Below are positions 24,002 through 38,179 of a stretch of 64,000 nt of DNA, piece by piece. The notes below the pieces were generated by a model, which was not told the origin of the DNA, did not search any database, and saw only the letters and a program-made list of their open reading frames with translations. The position numbers and the translations under genes were made by a program. Location of the stretch: NCBI GenBank assembly GCA_965153455.1, contig OZ234494.1, positions 8,184,001 through 8,248,000 of the forward strand. Direction: 5' to 3'. Within the stretch, counting starts at the first letter, position 1. Each line of letters starts with the position of its first letter. Source of the DNA: Sphagnum compactum. Its lineage: Eukaryota.

Positions 24002-26495
24002 GTTGATACCGAGTGCAGGCGAGGCCTATATATCCAACCCTGGTTTGAACTCATCAACCCACCATACTTTTAGTGGTCGAAGCTCAAAGTGGGGATTTTT
24101 ATTCACAAAAGAAGAATACAATTGGGTTTGCCCAAAAACAAAAATTGGTAAATTTCATGCAATTCAACTGCAATATTTGCACCCAATTCAAGCCTTCCAC
24201 AAGTAAACATAGTACATACATGCAAACAAAATTTTCATTCATCTATTTCTTTATTTATTTATTTGCTAGGTACCAAATTTCCAACTACCCATTCTTCTAT
24301 TATAGTTTTTGGACAGACATGGAACATGATGAGTCCACATTTAGTGCACTTTTTCTTTTTTTTTTCCCTTTTTCACCTCAACTATTGCAAGTAAGTTGTG
24401 GAATACAATCATACTATATGTGGTTGAATGGTTTTTTTGCACATGTTGTAGATGAATGAATGAATGAATGATTGGGGGAATTCCTATTTGGTGAGCTGTA
24501 GAAAAAGGCCAATTAAACCATTCATGGGTTTTTTTTAATTTTTAATTTGGTTTCAAAAGTTTGGCAATTCTTTTTCAGTTTTTTGGGGTAAAACCAGTCA
24601 TATTTCCACTTTTAAAACAAAAAAAAATCCAAAACAATTGTCACCAAGTGGTGAAGATTCAACACATACACACGTTACTAAATTTTAAAAAAAAAAAACC
24701 CTAGCTCAAAACCCTAGCTCATATATTTGTGCATAAATTGATTTTTAAATTGATTGTGTGTTGTATACTAGGTATAGGGTTACGAGTTTGTCAAGTTGGG
24801 TTATTAAGAAATTGTTTCCAAGAGTGTTCACCTTCACAATCTAAAAGGTTTCAACTTCTTCCTCCATACTTGAATTGCATCAATTAAAATTTACAAAATG
24901 AAAGTTAGGTACACAAATCAAACCCTAATTTTGAATCCATTTTATCTTTTGGTTTATAAAGTATCCAAATGAGAACAAAATTCTTTAACCTTTATTCATA
25001 TAGTTTTAAAATTGTGTTAGAATTGTCCCTTGCAGATTTTTTCCCTCATCATTCCATTTTTTGACCACAAACATTATTTTGCAGAATCTTCAATCTCAGT
25101 CCAAAACATGTGCCACATCATACATACACATGCCTACATAATTGCCCCTTTGAATTTCACTTCCACTACACCTATACTTTTTTGACCATGCCTCAACCCA
25201 ACAGAAAGCTTCAGATTTTTATTTTTTTTCCCTGGAAAATTCAAACCTTCGAAAAATGAAAAAAAAAAGGTGGGTATTTGAAATTTTTAGTCACCATATT
25301 TTTTAGTAAATAAAAATAAAAATTGCAAAATTTCTATATTAGTTCCAATAGGTAGCCAATAACTAGAAGGATACTTTAAAAAAATTCTTATTTTCATATC
25401 TAGTTTCTAGCCAAATTTGACTAAATATTCTTATCAATTATCCTCACTTTGGTTGCATCACAAATTGAAATTTAAAACACAAACAAAATTCACTTCATGT
25501 TATGTTCATAGTGCAAGATAGTAGCCCACAATTAGATAGATATAATGTCTTTTCACAAAATAAGTTTTGAAGATGCAAATCAAAAATTTACACACATGTG
25601 AAAATTTACATTTAAAGTTGTTCAAAGAAATTCCTTCCACCCATTATTTATATGTCTACATGTTTATGTCTCCACATTTTTCTTTTTGGTTACCATGTGA
25701 GATAAATTCCATGGCTTGCCTAACTTAATTACACTTCAATGTTCATTACAAATCACATATTTCAAACATTGTTGTAAAAACATTAAAACATTTCTATGAC
25801 ACAATTTCAACATTACATTCAATTTTTTCAAAATTTAAAACACGTAAATTACATTATAAAACAAACAAGATTGATGTTGATATAAAATTAGTTGACAAAA
25901 TTGAAAGATGATATTTTCTACATAGATCCCAAGCTATTTTGTAATGCAACATTTTAGAAGATGGTAGATTTTGATTACATGATTACATAGATTGATGCAT
26001 GAAAAACTAGGTTGAAAACCTTTAAGTGGGTTTTGACCTTTATTCATGCAAAAGTGTGATACAAGACAAGATAGATGGTAAATTAGCTCCTTTCATAGTC
26101 AAACATTAAGTCTTTCTCAACTTTCATTAGTATGAAAAGTCAGATCATTACCCATTGGCATTTGAAACTATGTGAAGTCAAATTCTTGAAATGTTGTGAA
26201 TCCATTCATTGTTTTGAACTTAAAGGTCAAAAGACAAGTTGTTCAACACACTTGGCAATTGAAAATCGTGGAAAGTTATGACAATTATAACAAAAGTATT
26301 CATGAAAGGATAGACAATGGGGAATTGAATGTATATTTATAACGTAAAAATTATAAAGCACATTCTAAAAACATAAGACTACAAGAAGGTTATGTGAGTT
26401 GTAAAATGAAGTTTATAAAATCAAAGTAAAATAAAATGTTGTAGGGCATTACAAAATAATCAACAAATTTTGAAAAAGCTTTGTGAAAAAATCAT

Positions 26496-27398
26496 TGTTG
26501 CGAACCTAACTTTGGGTTCGTGACAAAGGTTTGGGCAAGAATGTAAGGATAATAGGTTGAAAATGAGAAGAAAACATCCTTTGCTTCAAACACTCTCACA
26601 TGAGTATATGAAAAAACAAGGGAACAAACCACAACATTCCCAAGTGAATTCTCACTTTGGGAATTAAAAGTCTCAAGGTGTCTTGAATCTTTTAAGAAAC
26701 AAGGTGTAAAAGACCAAGCATTGTTCAAATTGGCCTTCTTTAAACTTTGAAAAGATCCTAAAACTTATTACAATATAATGGGGTCACATTTTCAATTATA
26801 ACAATGATTGTGGCCATTAAAAGGTCAGAAATCAAATTGCCATAATGATGTTCAATTACTTAAATGATGATATGAAAAGTCAAATCACCTTTGGTTGAAA
26901 AATTTGATATCTGATTGAAATTCTTTTTTCAAGAGCTAAAAATTTTCCTTTGAAAGCTCTTGATTTGAATGTGAAATGAAAAAGTAATAAGTTCCAAAGA
27001 TGTAAGAGACAATTTCAACACTCTCACTTGGGAATCCCCAAAAACTTTAATGACCATTTCCATGTAGCCTTATGGGGGATATGGAAAGTATATTATAAGG
27101 AGGTTGTTGGTGCCTCATCCCAAGTCCAAGGAATGGTGAGTCTCATGTGAGTATGAATTAGCCCATGTTCTGTTAATGCACACTTTTGATTTCAAAATGA
27201 ACTAATCACCCTTTTTTTGGATTGTGTAGTTTGGCATGTTCATGAATTCAATTTTTTTTAATCCTATCCCAAAGTTTGCACACCTTTTTTCTTGTTGGCA
27301 GTTTGGTAGTTTGCTTTGGGTTTGCATTCTATTACAAAGTCAAGAATTTAAAAAGGTTTTTACTACTGATACTATTTGAAAAACTTAAGAGTGTGTCA
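26496..27398. mobile_element. Degenerate solo-LTR-like repeat
   Basis: Begins TGTTGCGAACCTAACTTTGGGTTCGTGAC and ends GAGTGTGTCA (TG...CA). It resembles an abundant moss repeat from memory only, and no TSD is recognisable. Confidence 0.45.
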
Positions 27399-30189
27399 GA
27401 TACTTCAACACAAATAATGCAAATGATATAATTTCAACATAAAGGCTAGCAATATCAACAAAGTTTTGCAATGACAAAACATTGACATATAAGCGAACAT
27501 GTTCTTAAAAAAACTACAAATTGGTGGACTATTGCAAACCAAAAAAAAAAAAACTAGTGACATGAAGCTTTATCAAAAACATACATGACAAAACATGTTT
27601 TGTGTTTGATGCTCATGACTACGTGGCAAAGTTAAAATAATGATGTTTGTCTTATTAAATAACAACTTGTGAAGTGTGAATTTACAGATGTAGGGGTTTT
27701 AGATTCCATAATTATTTGCCACCTTGCATATTCCTAACATACTTTTTATTGATAACTTCATTTTAATAATACATGTTAATATTAGGTGTGATTAAAACTT
27801 AAATATCATAAATGTCAAGAGTGGTCAAGCCCACTGTAATCAAACATCACCTTTTAAATGAAAAGATAAACAAACGCAAGACATAATGATCATGAAAAAT
27901 TGTTCCTTTTTTGAAAGTGAAAGATGTAACCGCAAAACTTCTATTCATTATATTTTCAAATTCCAAAGTGTTAACCAATCACAAAGCTATTAAACTTTTT
28001 CACTCTAAAACTATTAATATGTTTTTTCAATGCCAAGTTTTTTGTGCAAATCTAACAAACCACTCTTTTAGCAACTTGCATTCCACAACTTTGGTTGAAA
28101 ACAATTCCTTTGGTGTTTTTCAAAAATTATTTTGGTTCCAAGTAAACTTGTTACCTCATAAATACCCACTTTTACAATCTTTTAGGTTTTTGGGACTTGT
28201 AATAGTATGCTTAACCATGAGAAACCTTGAGATAGACTGAACTTTGAATGAAGAAGGTAGACCATGTTGTGCCTTACTAAAATTAATCAATGTTTTTTTT
28301 AGTTTTCATTCCAGCAATACTAGGTTAGAATTTTCATATCATGTATTTGTATAAGCAAGCATATTGAAATGATCAAACTATCATCAAGAAGACTTTTTGT
28401 AGAACATGGGCAATTGTAAAAATAGACACATTCGTAATTATTGTCAATGTCTTACAAAATTAATAATGGTTTGAAAATCATTATTGGACAAGTTCAATGA
28501 TTAATTTGATGGGTTTAAAGCAATGTTGTGAATGTGTGTGGTTTTTTATGTACATGATGGGTAAATGTAAGTGTCTAACTTTCATTCACATTCATGTAGG
28601 TGCATAGCCTTGGACATGTAAGTGTAAAATTGTGTTTAAGGTTATTTCTTTCTATTCAAAATAGGGTAAATGTAAATGTAAAAATGTAAAAAACATGTTT
28701 ATATAGTTTTACATAGGGCATAAAATTTTATATAAGTAAAATAAATAAATGAACAAAACATAATACAACATATGCAATTTTACATTTTGGTATTCAATCT
28801 ATAAATTCATTCCTTCATTCTCCATCTAGATGTATTATGTGTTGAAATAGAATCCCAAAAAAATATGGTTCACAAATAATATTTGCAACCACATCTTTCT
28901 AAATAAGGTTGAAATTTTACAATTTGCATTAACTTGGAACCAATATTAATCCACAAGTTCCTTTCTCAAAGAAAAATCTCTCAACAGAAAAACAATGCAA
29001 AAATTTTCATTTCATTTCATTTCATTTATCCTTAAAAGCTTTGGCATCTAAACTTGTTGACACCTACCAAATGATGACATGTGGCATGAATACTTGTTAT
29101 TTTTGGAAATTTGATATAAATTTTTTTTCGGTTATACCAAATAGCTCACGACGATGTTGCTTATTGATCAAATTGAAATCATCTCAGCCATTCACAATAT
29201 TTGTTTCATTCTCTTCATTGGCACATGGTATTGTATTTGATCACTTTGTTGTGTTCAATGCTCTTCCCTCAATAAGGTGTAACCCAATCGACTTTATGAG
29301 TGTTGGGTGGGTATTAACTTTTGTCTCATAACCACCTATTCCGATTCTCAATTATTTTAAATTTAAGAATCAAGACAATTTTCGTTTTCAAAAAAAAAAA
29401 AAAAAAAAAAACATACCTTGTCCAACTCTTTATCTTTATTTTCCTTCATGTGTAACCGGTTTTTTCACAACTAGTTCTTAATTAACTCATTCATATTCAT
29501 TGGTTATATATAAATTGGTTCTTTAATTTTACTTTAAGATTTTAGGATTAAAATCTAAATATTTTTTCAAAATTTCATAGGTCAAAAACAAATCCACAAG
29601 GTTCATTACAAAACTCTAATATCGAAACAAAAATTATGTGATCTCCCTAAACCTAAAGCCTACCTCCACCCTAAGACTCTAAACCTTAACCAACCCTAGA
29701 TTCCTTACTCCTAAACTCATAAGAATCAAACCCAGGGGTTATTCTTATAATATATTTGAATATCGAAAATTAAAAATTAAAAAAAAAAATTATTAATGAA
29801 CTGGGTATCTCAAATTTGATATCCAAAAATCTGGGTATCTTTAACCCTTGTATCACCCTAAGTGAACTTCAGTTGGTTCTTGGACCGATAACCCCGATTG
29901 AGCGCTAGGTCAAATCTGAACCAGGGTTTTGGTACCTGCCCAACACTGGTCTTTATGCTCTTGGACACTCTCATGTAGGCATTGTTTCATTGTCTTCGAG
30001 AGTGACGACCAAAGGCCTAGAAATGCAAGATTTCAAGCTTCCCCGAATTATGGGCATCCATACATTCATTTCCTTAGAATGGGCATCAATATGTCTTCTT
30101 CACAAAGAAATACAAGTGAGATGTGGTTGGGGTTTAGGATTGACTGACTGACCCCCCAAAACCCTAAAGATTCTCTGCTACATGTCCAC

Positions 30190-33100
30190 CTAAGGGCAGT
30201 TGGGATTTTGCCCAGGCCCACCGTAATAGAAGAAGTTGCCCCAGGTACTGTTAGACCCACTTTGTATATCATAGCAATTGGGATGCTCTGCAAATGTTTG
30301 CAAGCCCGCCACAACACTCCTCAGCACATTAGTGCTATCCACAAACTCAACGTTGCGCATGTAACTTGCCTCCCCATATCCTGCTTCTGCAAATTGACCA
30401 CTGCCCATAACAGTGGTTGTGTGATTTCCTTGTGGCTTTGAGTTCACAACTTCACCTCCCCATTCCAACAACGATGCACTCCCTGCCAGATGAGTGAAAA
30501 TAAATGCTGGCCAGTAGCCCACAATGGTACTCTCCCCGAGCAGCATCCACCAGTGCCCTGTATGTGGATCCTGCAGGCAAAGTGGACACACAGCTGCCTC
30601 ATTCAGCAACCTTTCTTTCTTTTGCTTCAGCACCCCTGCTACTACGAGGACCAATTGGTATGAAAATTCCTAAAAGTATGCAATACCAGGTCCCAACGGG
30701 AATGTTCAAAAGTTGATACCAGACCAACGATGGTTTAGATAGACCACTTACTTTCCAGATCAGAACACGCATATCATATTGGGAGCCACCGTAGCTTGAA
30801 ACTGGGGATATTGCAGCACCTATTGCAACTGCATTACTTGTTTGTACAAATCCCGAGCAGAGCAGGTTGTAGCAGCCTGTTGTTTGATATCCGTCTGCCT
30901 GCAACAATCAAATGAGGGATCAGTCAAGTCGTGTATGAGATCTGTCTGCAAAATTAAGTTGCTATGTCCTACCTCTAGACCACAACAATAAGCAAAAGTG
31001 AGAAACTGGAACTTTTTGCCTCGGTGTGTGTCCCTATCTGAAACAATTCACAAGGCCAAGAATTAAGTGCTCCAAAACAGTTAATGTATCATTTTTAAAC
31101 TGCATGCATGTTTATGCTGTTATGCTCTTAAAAGATGTGTCCTAAAACCCTAAACCCTAAACCCAATATCCAGATCCAAGCACGAAACCAGTTTGGTAAG
31201 AAAATCCTTGCGCTTCAAATCTTGGCTAGAGTTCATGGAAAATGTTGAGAAATAAAATTATGAACCCACCGTCCAATAAGTGAAAAACCGTGGGTTGTTG
31301 TCACCATACAGATCTGGGCTCACCTGCACATCAGGTGCAACAAAATTGACATAGAGATTGCTATTGGACCCAGGACCAAAAACCTGTCATAAAAACAGAG
31401 GAATCTACAAATGGCCTAGGGAACAGATGAAGTAACTTTTGGGATCACTGCTTACATAAGAACATGTTGGTAGAGTTACAGTTTTGCATATGCTTAGTAA
31501 AGCTAGCTAGACCTTTGACTCCACCTCAAATATGTGAAATTACTAAGATACAAATAAAGACTTTATGTGGGTTTTAGTTCCACATCTCCACACTAATATC
31601 ATTGGAGGAACAAATGACTCACTTGCCAGCCTGCCTCAATGCTATTAAGGTCACTAGTGAATGAACCAGCTAGAACCCAGATTTGTGACAAGCTGAATTC
31701 ACTGGCAACTTCTACACTTGGGCTCCACACATTCATGGTGACTTGTGCCCCATTATATGCATCCCCTTGCATGTACGCTATTGCATGCTGTTTCCAATTC
31801 ACCCCCCACCCCCAATCCACCACACACCCTCAGGATGTCACACACTGTCATTTTTTTCCTAATAGTTGTGCAGGAAGTTCAACAGGGTTTAGGGTTTTTT
31901 TAGGAAGTTCAACAGACAAACACAAGATCACCTCATGTGAGCTTTGTAGAATTGTAGCTGAACTAGGCTTTGGAACTGCAGACAGGCCACCCTTTTTCTT
32001 TCTGTAGTTATGAATTGAACCTGCTTGAAGAATGTCTTTGGCTAATGTCCGGCGCACAGGGATTGTGCCAATGGGGCACTCACCACTTTCATGCCATATT
32101 TGCTTTTGAGTTAATAATGTCCCACTCTTGAAGGTTTTCAGAATTGCAGGTGGTCTCTGCAAAATTTAAACCACAATCACACAGGTTTGAAGGATTAATC
32201 ATGATCCGAGAATGTTAATAGACAAATTGGTGAGGTTTGGGTACTAGAAGAAACCCATTACAGACCAATGGTTGGAACAATAATTCTCATTTGTGAAAGA
32301 GTTGGGGGACAATTTAAAGCATACCTCAATTGTATGGTTTTTTAGGAGAGGGTGGTCAAAGGCAGGTTGTGAAGTGCTTAAGACACAATCAATGAGGTCC
32401 CCATCAAGACTCTGTCCGCAAGCCAAAAAAAAAACCCCATCACAAATCCATCAGAAACTTAAGCATCATAATTTTCTGTGAGCCCAAATTAATTCAAGAC
32501 TGATAAGGTGAAAGCAAGCACCTGCCATCAATCAAGACCAGGATCTACCTCTCATCTCCTCACTGGGAAAACAAAAAAGACAACCTACTCATGTGTCAGG
32601 ATACCACGTCTCTCTTTGCATCCGTTGCAAAATAAACACTTTGATCTTGGAATCTCCCTTTGACATACTATTGATTTCTTTTGACTATTCTTATAATACT
32701 CAGTAGGAGGATCGGAAAAGGATGGCAATTTATTTAACACTTCCTAAGCAGACCTCTAGATCACTTGTTCTCTCTAACATTAACAACTCAACCACATTCC
32801 TCATAACTCAACCAAATGATTGTTCTTCCTAAAACAAAAATTCAGCATGGATATTCTTTGTACACAAATCAACCACAATTCTTCATTAACTTGAGATTCT
32901 CTTTGGAGTTGGGACCCATAGTGATCCAACAAAAATATCCGTCTCAGGATAACCTAATCCTGTAACTGGGCTTTACAGCAATGTTGCCTGGAATCACATG
33001 GACTAACGTGAAGCTCCTTCACATGAATCTCTAGGAAAGAAAGCACAACAAACAGAAATGTAGCCTGCAATCACATGGACTAACATGAAGCTTCTTCACA

Positions 33101-33618
33101 TGAATCTCTAGGAAAGAACACACAACAAACATAGAGGAAGAAGAATGGAGCAGCTCGCTGCTGGAAAACACTATGAGAAAGAATTCCAAGAGAAAGAGAA
33201 CAGAAGAGAAGAACCCAAGAGAAACAACAACAGAAGAGAAGAATGAGAAAGGATTCCAAGAGAAGACGACAGAAGAGAAGAACCCAAGAGAAGAGAACAG
33301 AAGAATTCCAAGAGGAGAGAGAAAGGGTAGCTGTTGTAGTACCTGGATCGTTTTGACGGGAGGTTTATTCAGTCTGTGAAGCTCTCTGTAGATTCTGGCG
33401 GTGAGCTTCCTCTTGTTGTTGTTGTTGTTTACTCCCGCAAGGTTGTTACCTTGGGAATTGCTGGCAATGTCGAGAGTTGACACGGCAATGTCTGCTGGTG
33501 AAGGATGAAGAAGTATAGCGAGTGACAAGGTGCATGAATAGAACAGCAAGCTGATCACTAGTTGAATCCACATTCCTTTCATCATGCAGCTCAGAGGCTT
33601 GCTTCTTCTAGCAACCAT
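30190..33618 (-). CDS. Neprosin-family (DUF239 plus activation propeptide) secreted glutamic peptidase
   Basis: Exons 33618-33343, 32411-32325, 32156-31932, 31787-31623, 31323-31270, 30898-30752, 30570-30190, all phase-0 GT-AG. Motifs: hydrophobic N-terminus, [72 protein letters not shown]. Both catalytic-type Glu residues are present. Confidence 0.95.
32985..33320. repeat. Purine-rich tandem repeats and an ~78-bp duplication in neprosin intron 1
   Basis: Two copies of gcctg.aatcacatggactaac.tgaagct..ttcacatgaatctctaggaaaga and multiple agaagagaagaa(ccc/ttc)aagag units. Confidence 0.85.
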
Positions 33619-35489
33619 CTCTCACAACAAGTCAGCTACATCAGCATCTCAGCTCGGAGAATTCACAACAAAACCTCAACAAAAACCCAAAACAAATTCA
33701 ACTCGAAATGAGAAAAAAAAAAAAAAAAACACACCACTTAGGGGGAATGAAAATGTGAAGATGGAGCAGGAGGAGTGCTCCAGATGGAGAATTTATAGGG
33801 AGAAAAGTTGGAATTCTCGGTGACTCGGGAGAATCGAATGGTGTCGCAGTGTGTTCGCTGGAAGATGGACTTGCCGCAGTCCCCAGCGCAAGTAACCTGT
33901 CTTCACCCTGTCTCTCTCTCTCGGCCTCCTTTCCCCATCCCCTCTTTCAGTGGTATCCGCAAAGTAAGGAAATTGTATTAAATCTCAGTATGAAATGCTG
34001 AAACTCAGCATTTAATGCACAATGTTCGAGAGTAATTATAGTACGTGCACAGGTAGGAGCACTGAAAATATACGTGGCCCCCAGTGTAGGCGCTCAAGAA
34101 AAACGGAAGGAAGACAGGATGAAACCCAGTTTACCACAAAAATTGATGGTTTTTTCTGGAGTTTCACCCACATTGAATGCTAACTTGGTACTTTTGTTTT
34201 GCAAGGTTTTTTTTTTCAATCTCATCCTGTGGGGTGGGGAACCTCAGAAAACCATCAATTCTTGTGATAAACTGAGTTTCACCCTGACTCTCTTTTTTTC
34301 TTGAGCGCCTCCAGTGCTGCTTCACATGTTTTCACTACTCCTACCTGTACAGCTACTATAATTAGTTTCGAACCTTGCGCATTAAATGTTGGCCCCCCCT
34401 GCTGGCCCCCCCTCGCCTCGTCACCTGTCACTCGCTGTTTCACCAGCCTTTCCCTCCCCCACCCCCCAAAATCTTCGTCAGAGATAAACGTAATGAATTT
34501 ATATATAAGACTAGTGTGAACCCGATGCATAATGCACCCGTCGAGCTCCCCCCTCGCCCGGTCCTTCCCATTGCCCACTCCGGTTTTTTACCCCGTCAAC
34601 CCCCCCCCTCGTCCTTCGCATTTTCCACTTCGATTCTTTAACCCGTTGATCCCCCCTCCCGTTCCCCTGTTATATATAATTAACTTCTCGCCCCGTGCTG
34701 GCCCCCCCCCGTGCTGCAAAATCTCTTTGCTCCAGTGACTTTTTTAGTTTACAATTTTTTGATTTCGCAAATGTGGCCATTTTTTGCGGGGAAAACTCCT
34801 CTCGCACCAGCAAAAACACAAATTTCCCAAGTTTTTCCTCAATTTTTGTCTAGTAAAATAGTGAAAATTCACTGCACAAAAACTCACGACTTTGCTCATA
34901 TACTTGCTAACATTCACCAAAACTGCACTGGATCTATTCAAAGATCAAATTTTTATACCCTTACCAGGGTAGGTATAATCTAGGTTGAAGGCTGAGGATA
35001 GTGAAATGTTTGCTGCAGCTGCAAAGGTTGGAGGAAAAGGGCTGAATCCGAGATACTGATGGAGCTTTACCTCAAATTCATCCACCTTAATCCTCAATTG
35101 TTACTTTCTTCTTCTTTTCATCTATTTCATCCTCTTCTCTCCACTCCTCAAACCATCCCCCTTCCTGATGTCCAATTAGACACTAACTCTGGCCTTAGTG
35201 ACAACATGTGAAGACAAGAGACTTAATAGTGTACTTTAGACAAATTCAAATTAGATCTTCAAGCAGATTCCACAATAGAGATATCTGTAAAATCACCCTG
35301 TCTTCACCCTGTCTTTGGACCTCCTTTCACCCCCTAACCCCTCTTTTAGTGGTATCCGCAAAGTAAGGAAATTTTATAAAATCTCAGTATGAAATGCTGA
35401 AACTCAGTACGAAATGCTGAGCATTTAATGCACAAGGTTTGAGGGGCCACTCCGGTTCTTTACCCCGTCGACCCCCCCCCCCCCTTCCC

Positions 35490-35730
35490 ATGTTATATTT
35501 CTCACATCTTAGTTTTTTTTTTTTTTCTTAACCACACCCACAAAACTAAATTTGGGACTGCAAATAAGTGATAGGAAACCACTTGAAGCAATAATTATGA
35601 TTGGCCAATCAAAAACAGTGAGCACCAGTAGTCAGATCATATTTATTACACTCCTCTATGGCAGGTGTTAGGATTTGCTGTGCCTTTACCAGCCTCAGCA
35701 AACTGTGTAGGAATGCTGGGCCGAAACCCC
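35490..35730. mobile_element. Truncated internal copy of the Tourist-like MITE family
   Basis: aaactaaatttgggactgcaaataag...tcagatcatatttattacactc matches the interior of 23089-23470. TIRs are absent. Confidence 0.7.
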
Positions 35731-38179
35731 GTTCCCCCCCCCCCAATAGATCTTTAAAAATAAATGAAGCATGGAAAACTTTAGTTGTTTTTTCCTTTTA
35801 TCTACATCTAAAGATTAAGGGCCAGTTGAGACAAGGGGGTCTAGGGAAGCCCAAGGACCAATTTGAAGCAAATTGAACTTTGAATTGGACCTTTCTTCAC
35901 ATTATTATTTTTTATTTCTATGGTACAACAAGTGTGTTTAAAAGCTTTGGGTCCAATTTGAAGGTTCAATATTGAAAATATGTGATTAACATGTGAGAGG
36001 ATTAAATTAACCTTTGGTTTTTTTTTCCCTCTTTTTTTTCATGATTTTTTTTAATTTTTTGTTTTCCTTTTATTTTTACTTTTATTGCACATAATGGATG
36101 ACCAAAGGCACAAGATATAGGTGGTTTTTTTTGTTTTTATTATTGCCATGCATTGAGTTATTGCACAAGTGATTTCATTGCAACGAATAATTATTGAACA
36201 ACATTGGAATAGGATGAGTGCAATATTTTTTTTCATAGAGTTTTTCATGGATCCACAAAATCAATCATGTCAACTCTAGAATTGATAAAAAAATGGTGGA
36301 GTAATGTCCTCCATCCATAGCATGTCGACCATTTTCACAAAACTTGATTTGTCATGATAAAAAAAAACAATGAAAAAGAGAAATAAACCAAAAAAATTGA
36401 GCAACCTTGGACCCTAGTTTACACTTTGGTTCTCCAAACCATAAACTCCCTTTTTAAGTTTTTTTTTTTTTTTGGGTCTAGACCAATTGGTTTTCCTTGC
36501 AAAATGATGCCATGTAAGTTAAATTAGAATTTGATTTGTCTTGGTCTTGGACCTTCATCTAAAAACCTTGGGACAAATTTGAAACTCTTGACCAATAAGA
36601 ATGCTCGATTTTCAGTGGACCCTTGTCTAAAATAGCCCTAAATGTAAAGTAAAGTTTGAGGAATGGGGCTATGTGGAAATAAAAAAATTTACACCTCGAG
36701 GTGAGAATTGAGGATGGGTCCCATATTTTTATGTAGCCTTGTTTTGAAAGCTTTCACATCATAAAGACCAAAAGATGAATTTATAAAAAATCATGTGTGT
36801 AAGGCTAGGAAAATGTAGGAGTTTAAATTGATTTTTTTTGAAAAAAACATAAATGTTTTTACTCGATGCTAAAAAAGGATAATGTATGTAAGTGCTTCTT
36901 ATTATTAAAGACAATGAGAGGGCAAAAGACATTTAATAAATTCTCACAATTTTTGTTCAAAGGACAACATTGATGTGGGGCCAAGACCAAGAGACTAGAG
37001 GCTAGGAAAGGAAAGCAAAAATAAAGAGTTGGAGAAAAGAATAGATTGATGAAAAGAAGAAAAAATTACACATTTTTGTTATTCATGGTCAAATTCGTAA
37101 TAGCGTAATCAAAATCATAATTTCCTTCCACATGCTACGAAAAAAATTCTAATTTATAAAACCAACCCAAAATACATTATAAATTGTAGGTGAGATCTTT
37201 GAGATTTTGAGAATTTTATCCCAGTTTTAATTTAATTTTTTTAAATTTAAATGTCAAAGAAACTATCGTCAAAAGCAAACCACATTTAATGGTAGTGCCA
37301 ATATTGATGTATAGGATGTTAAAAATACATAGTAATCTACACCTATGATGTTGCCTAAAATCAAAATCTTACATGGCAAACAACATGGCATTGATGTTAA
37401 TTTGGTGTTAATGGTCAATGTTAACTAACAATGAATTTTCAAAAATGTACATTTAAAAAAATTGGTGTTAAATGTAAACTTTCAAATGTGAAGCCATTAA
37501 CTTAATTTTTGTGCTTTTTTTCATTGGACATTCCATTTTCTCTCTATTCACTTGTTCCTTTTTTTTGTTCATCATGGATCAAACTTTCCACCTTGCTACA
37601 AATGTAATCCCTACACAACAATTGTTTCAACATTTATAGAAACATCTTCAAACACATCTTGATGTTACATTTTGTGTTTTACCTTGTTTTATAAAGTTCC
37701 ATTTTATCTATACACACAAAAAAAATTGTCTAACAACATTATTTGTCTTTTTTTAATCAAGATGCAGCCCTTTGACAACAATAAACAAAATTCCTTCAAG
37801 AATCTTCACTAAGTGGCATCACCAACATAAAAAATGGAACTACAAATCTTTGATGACGAATAGAATGTCATCAACCAAATTCAATGCATTATGGTAATAA
37901 ACACACTGACAAAATGTGCCATAAGTACAACTCTAACGAGTACGTCAATCAATATCTCTCCCAAATCCATATTTGAATGTTTTTTTGCATGCATTCATAA
38001 AAACTAAACCATATTGCCATTCCAAAAATAGATGCAAAAACTTCAAGAAACCCATGTACATAATTTGAATTAGAATGCAAATTTAAAATATTGTAAAGAA
38101 ATGCTAAAGACATGATTAACCTTAGTGATGATAGGACAAGTACACTCATTTCATCTCAAAAGAATAATGAAAAAAAATG

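Noticed and set aside
27900..28500. Possible decayed transposase
   Set aside because: Too degenerate to assign any motif or family.
29640..29720. Telomere-like CCCTAAA repeats (also 31141-31163, 41358-41373, 54918-54929)
   Set aside because: Only 2-6 degenerate units are present. These are common interstitial telo-box-like motifs, not a telomere or fusion site.
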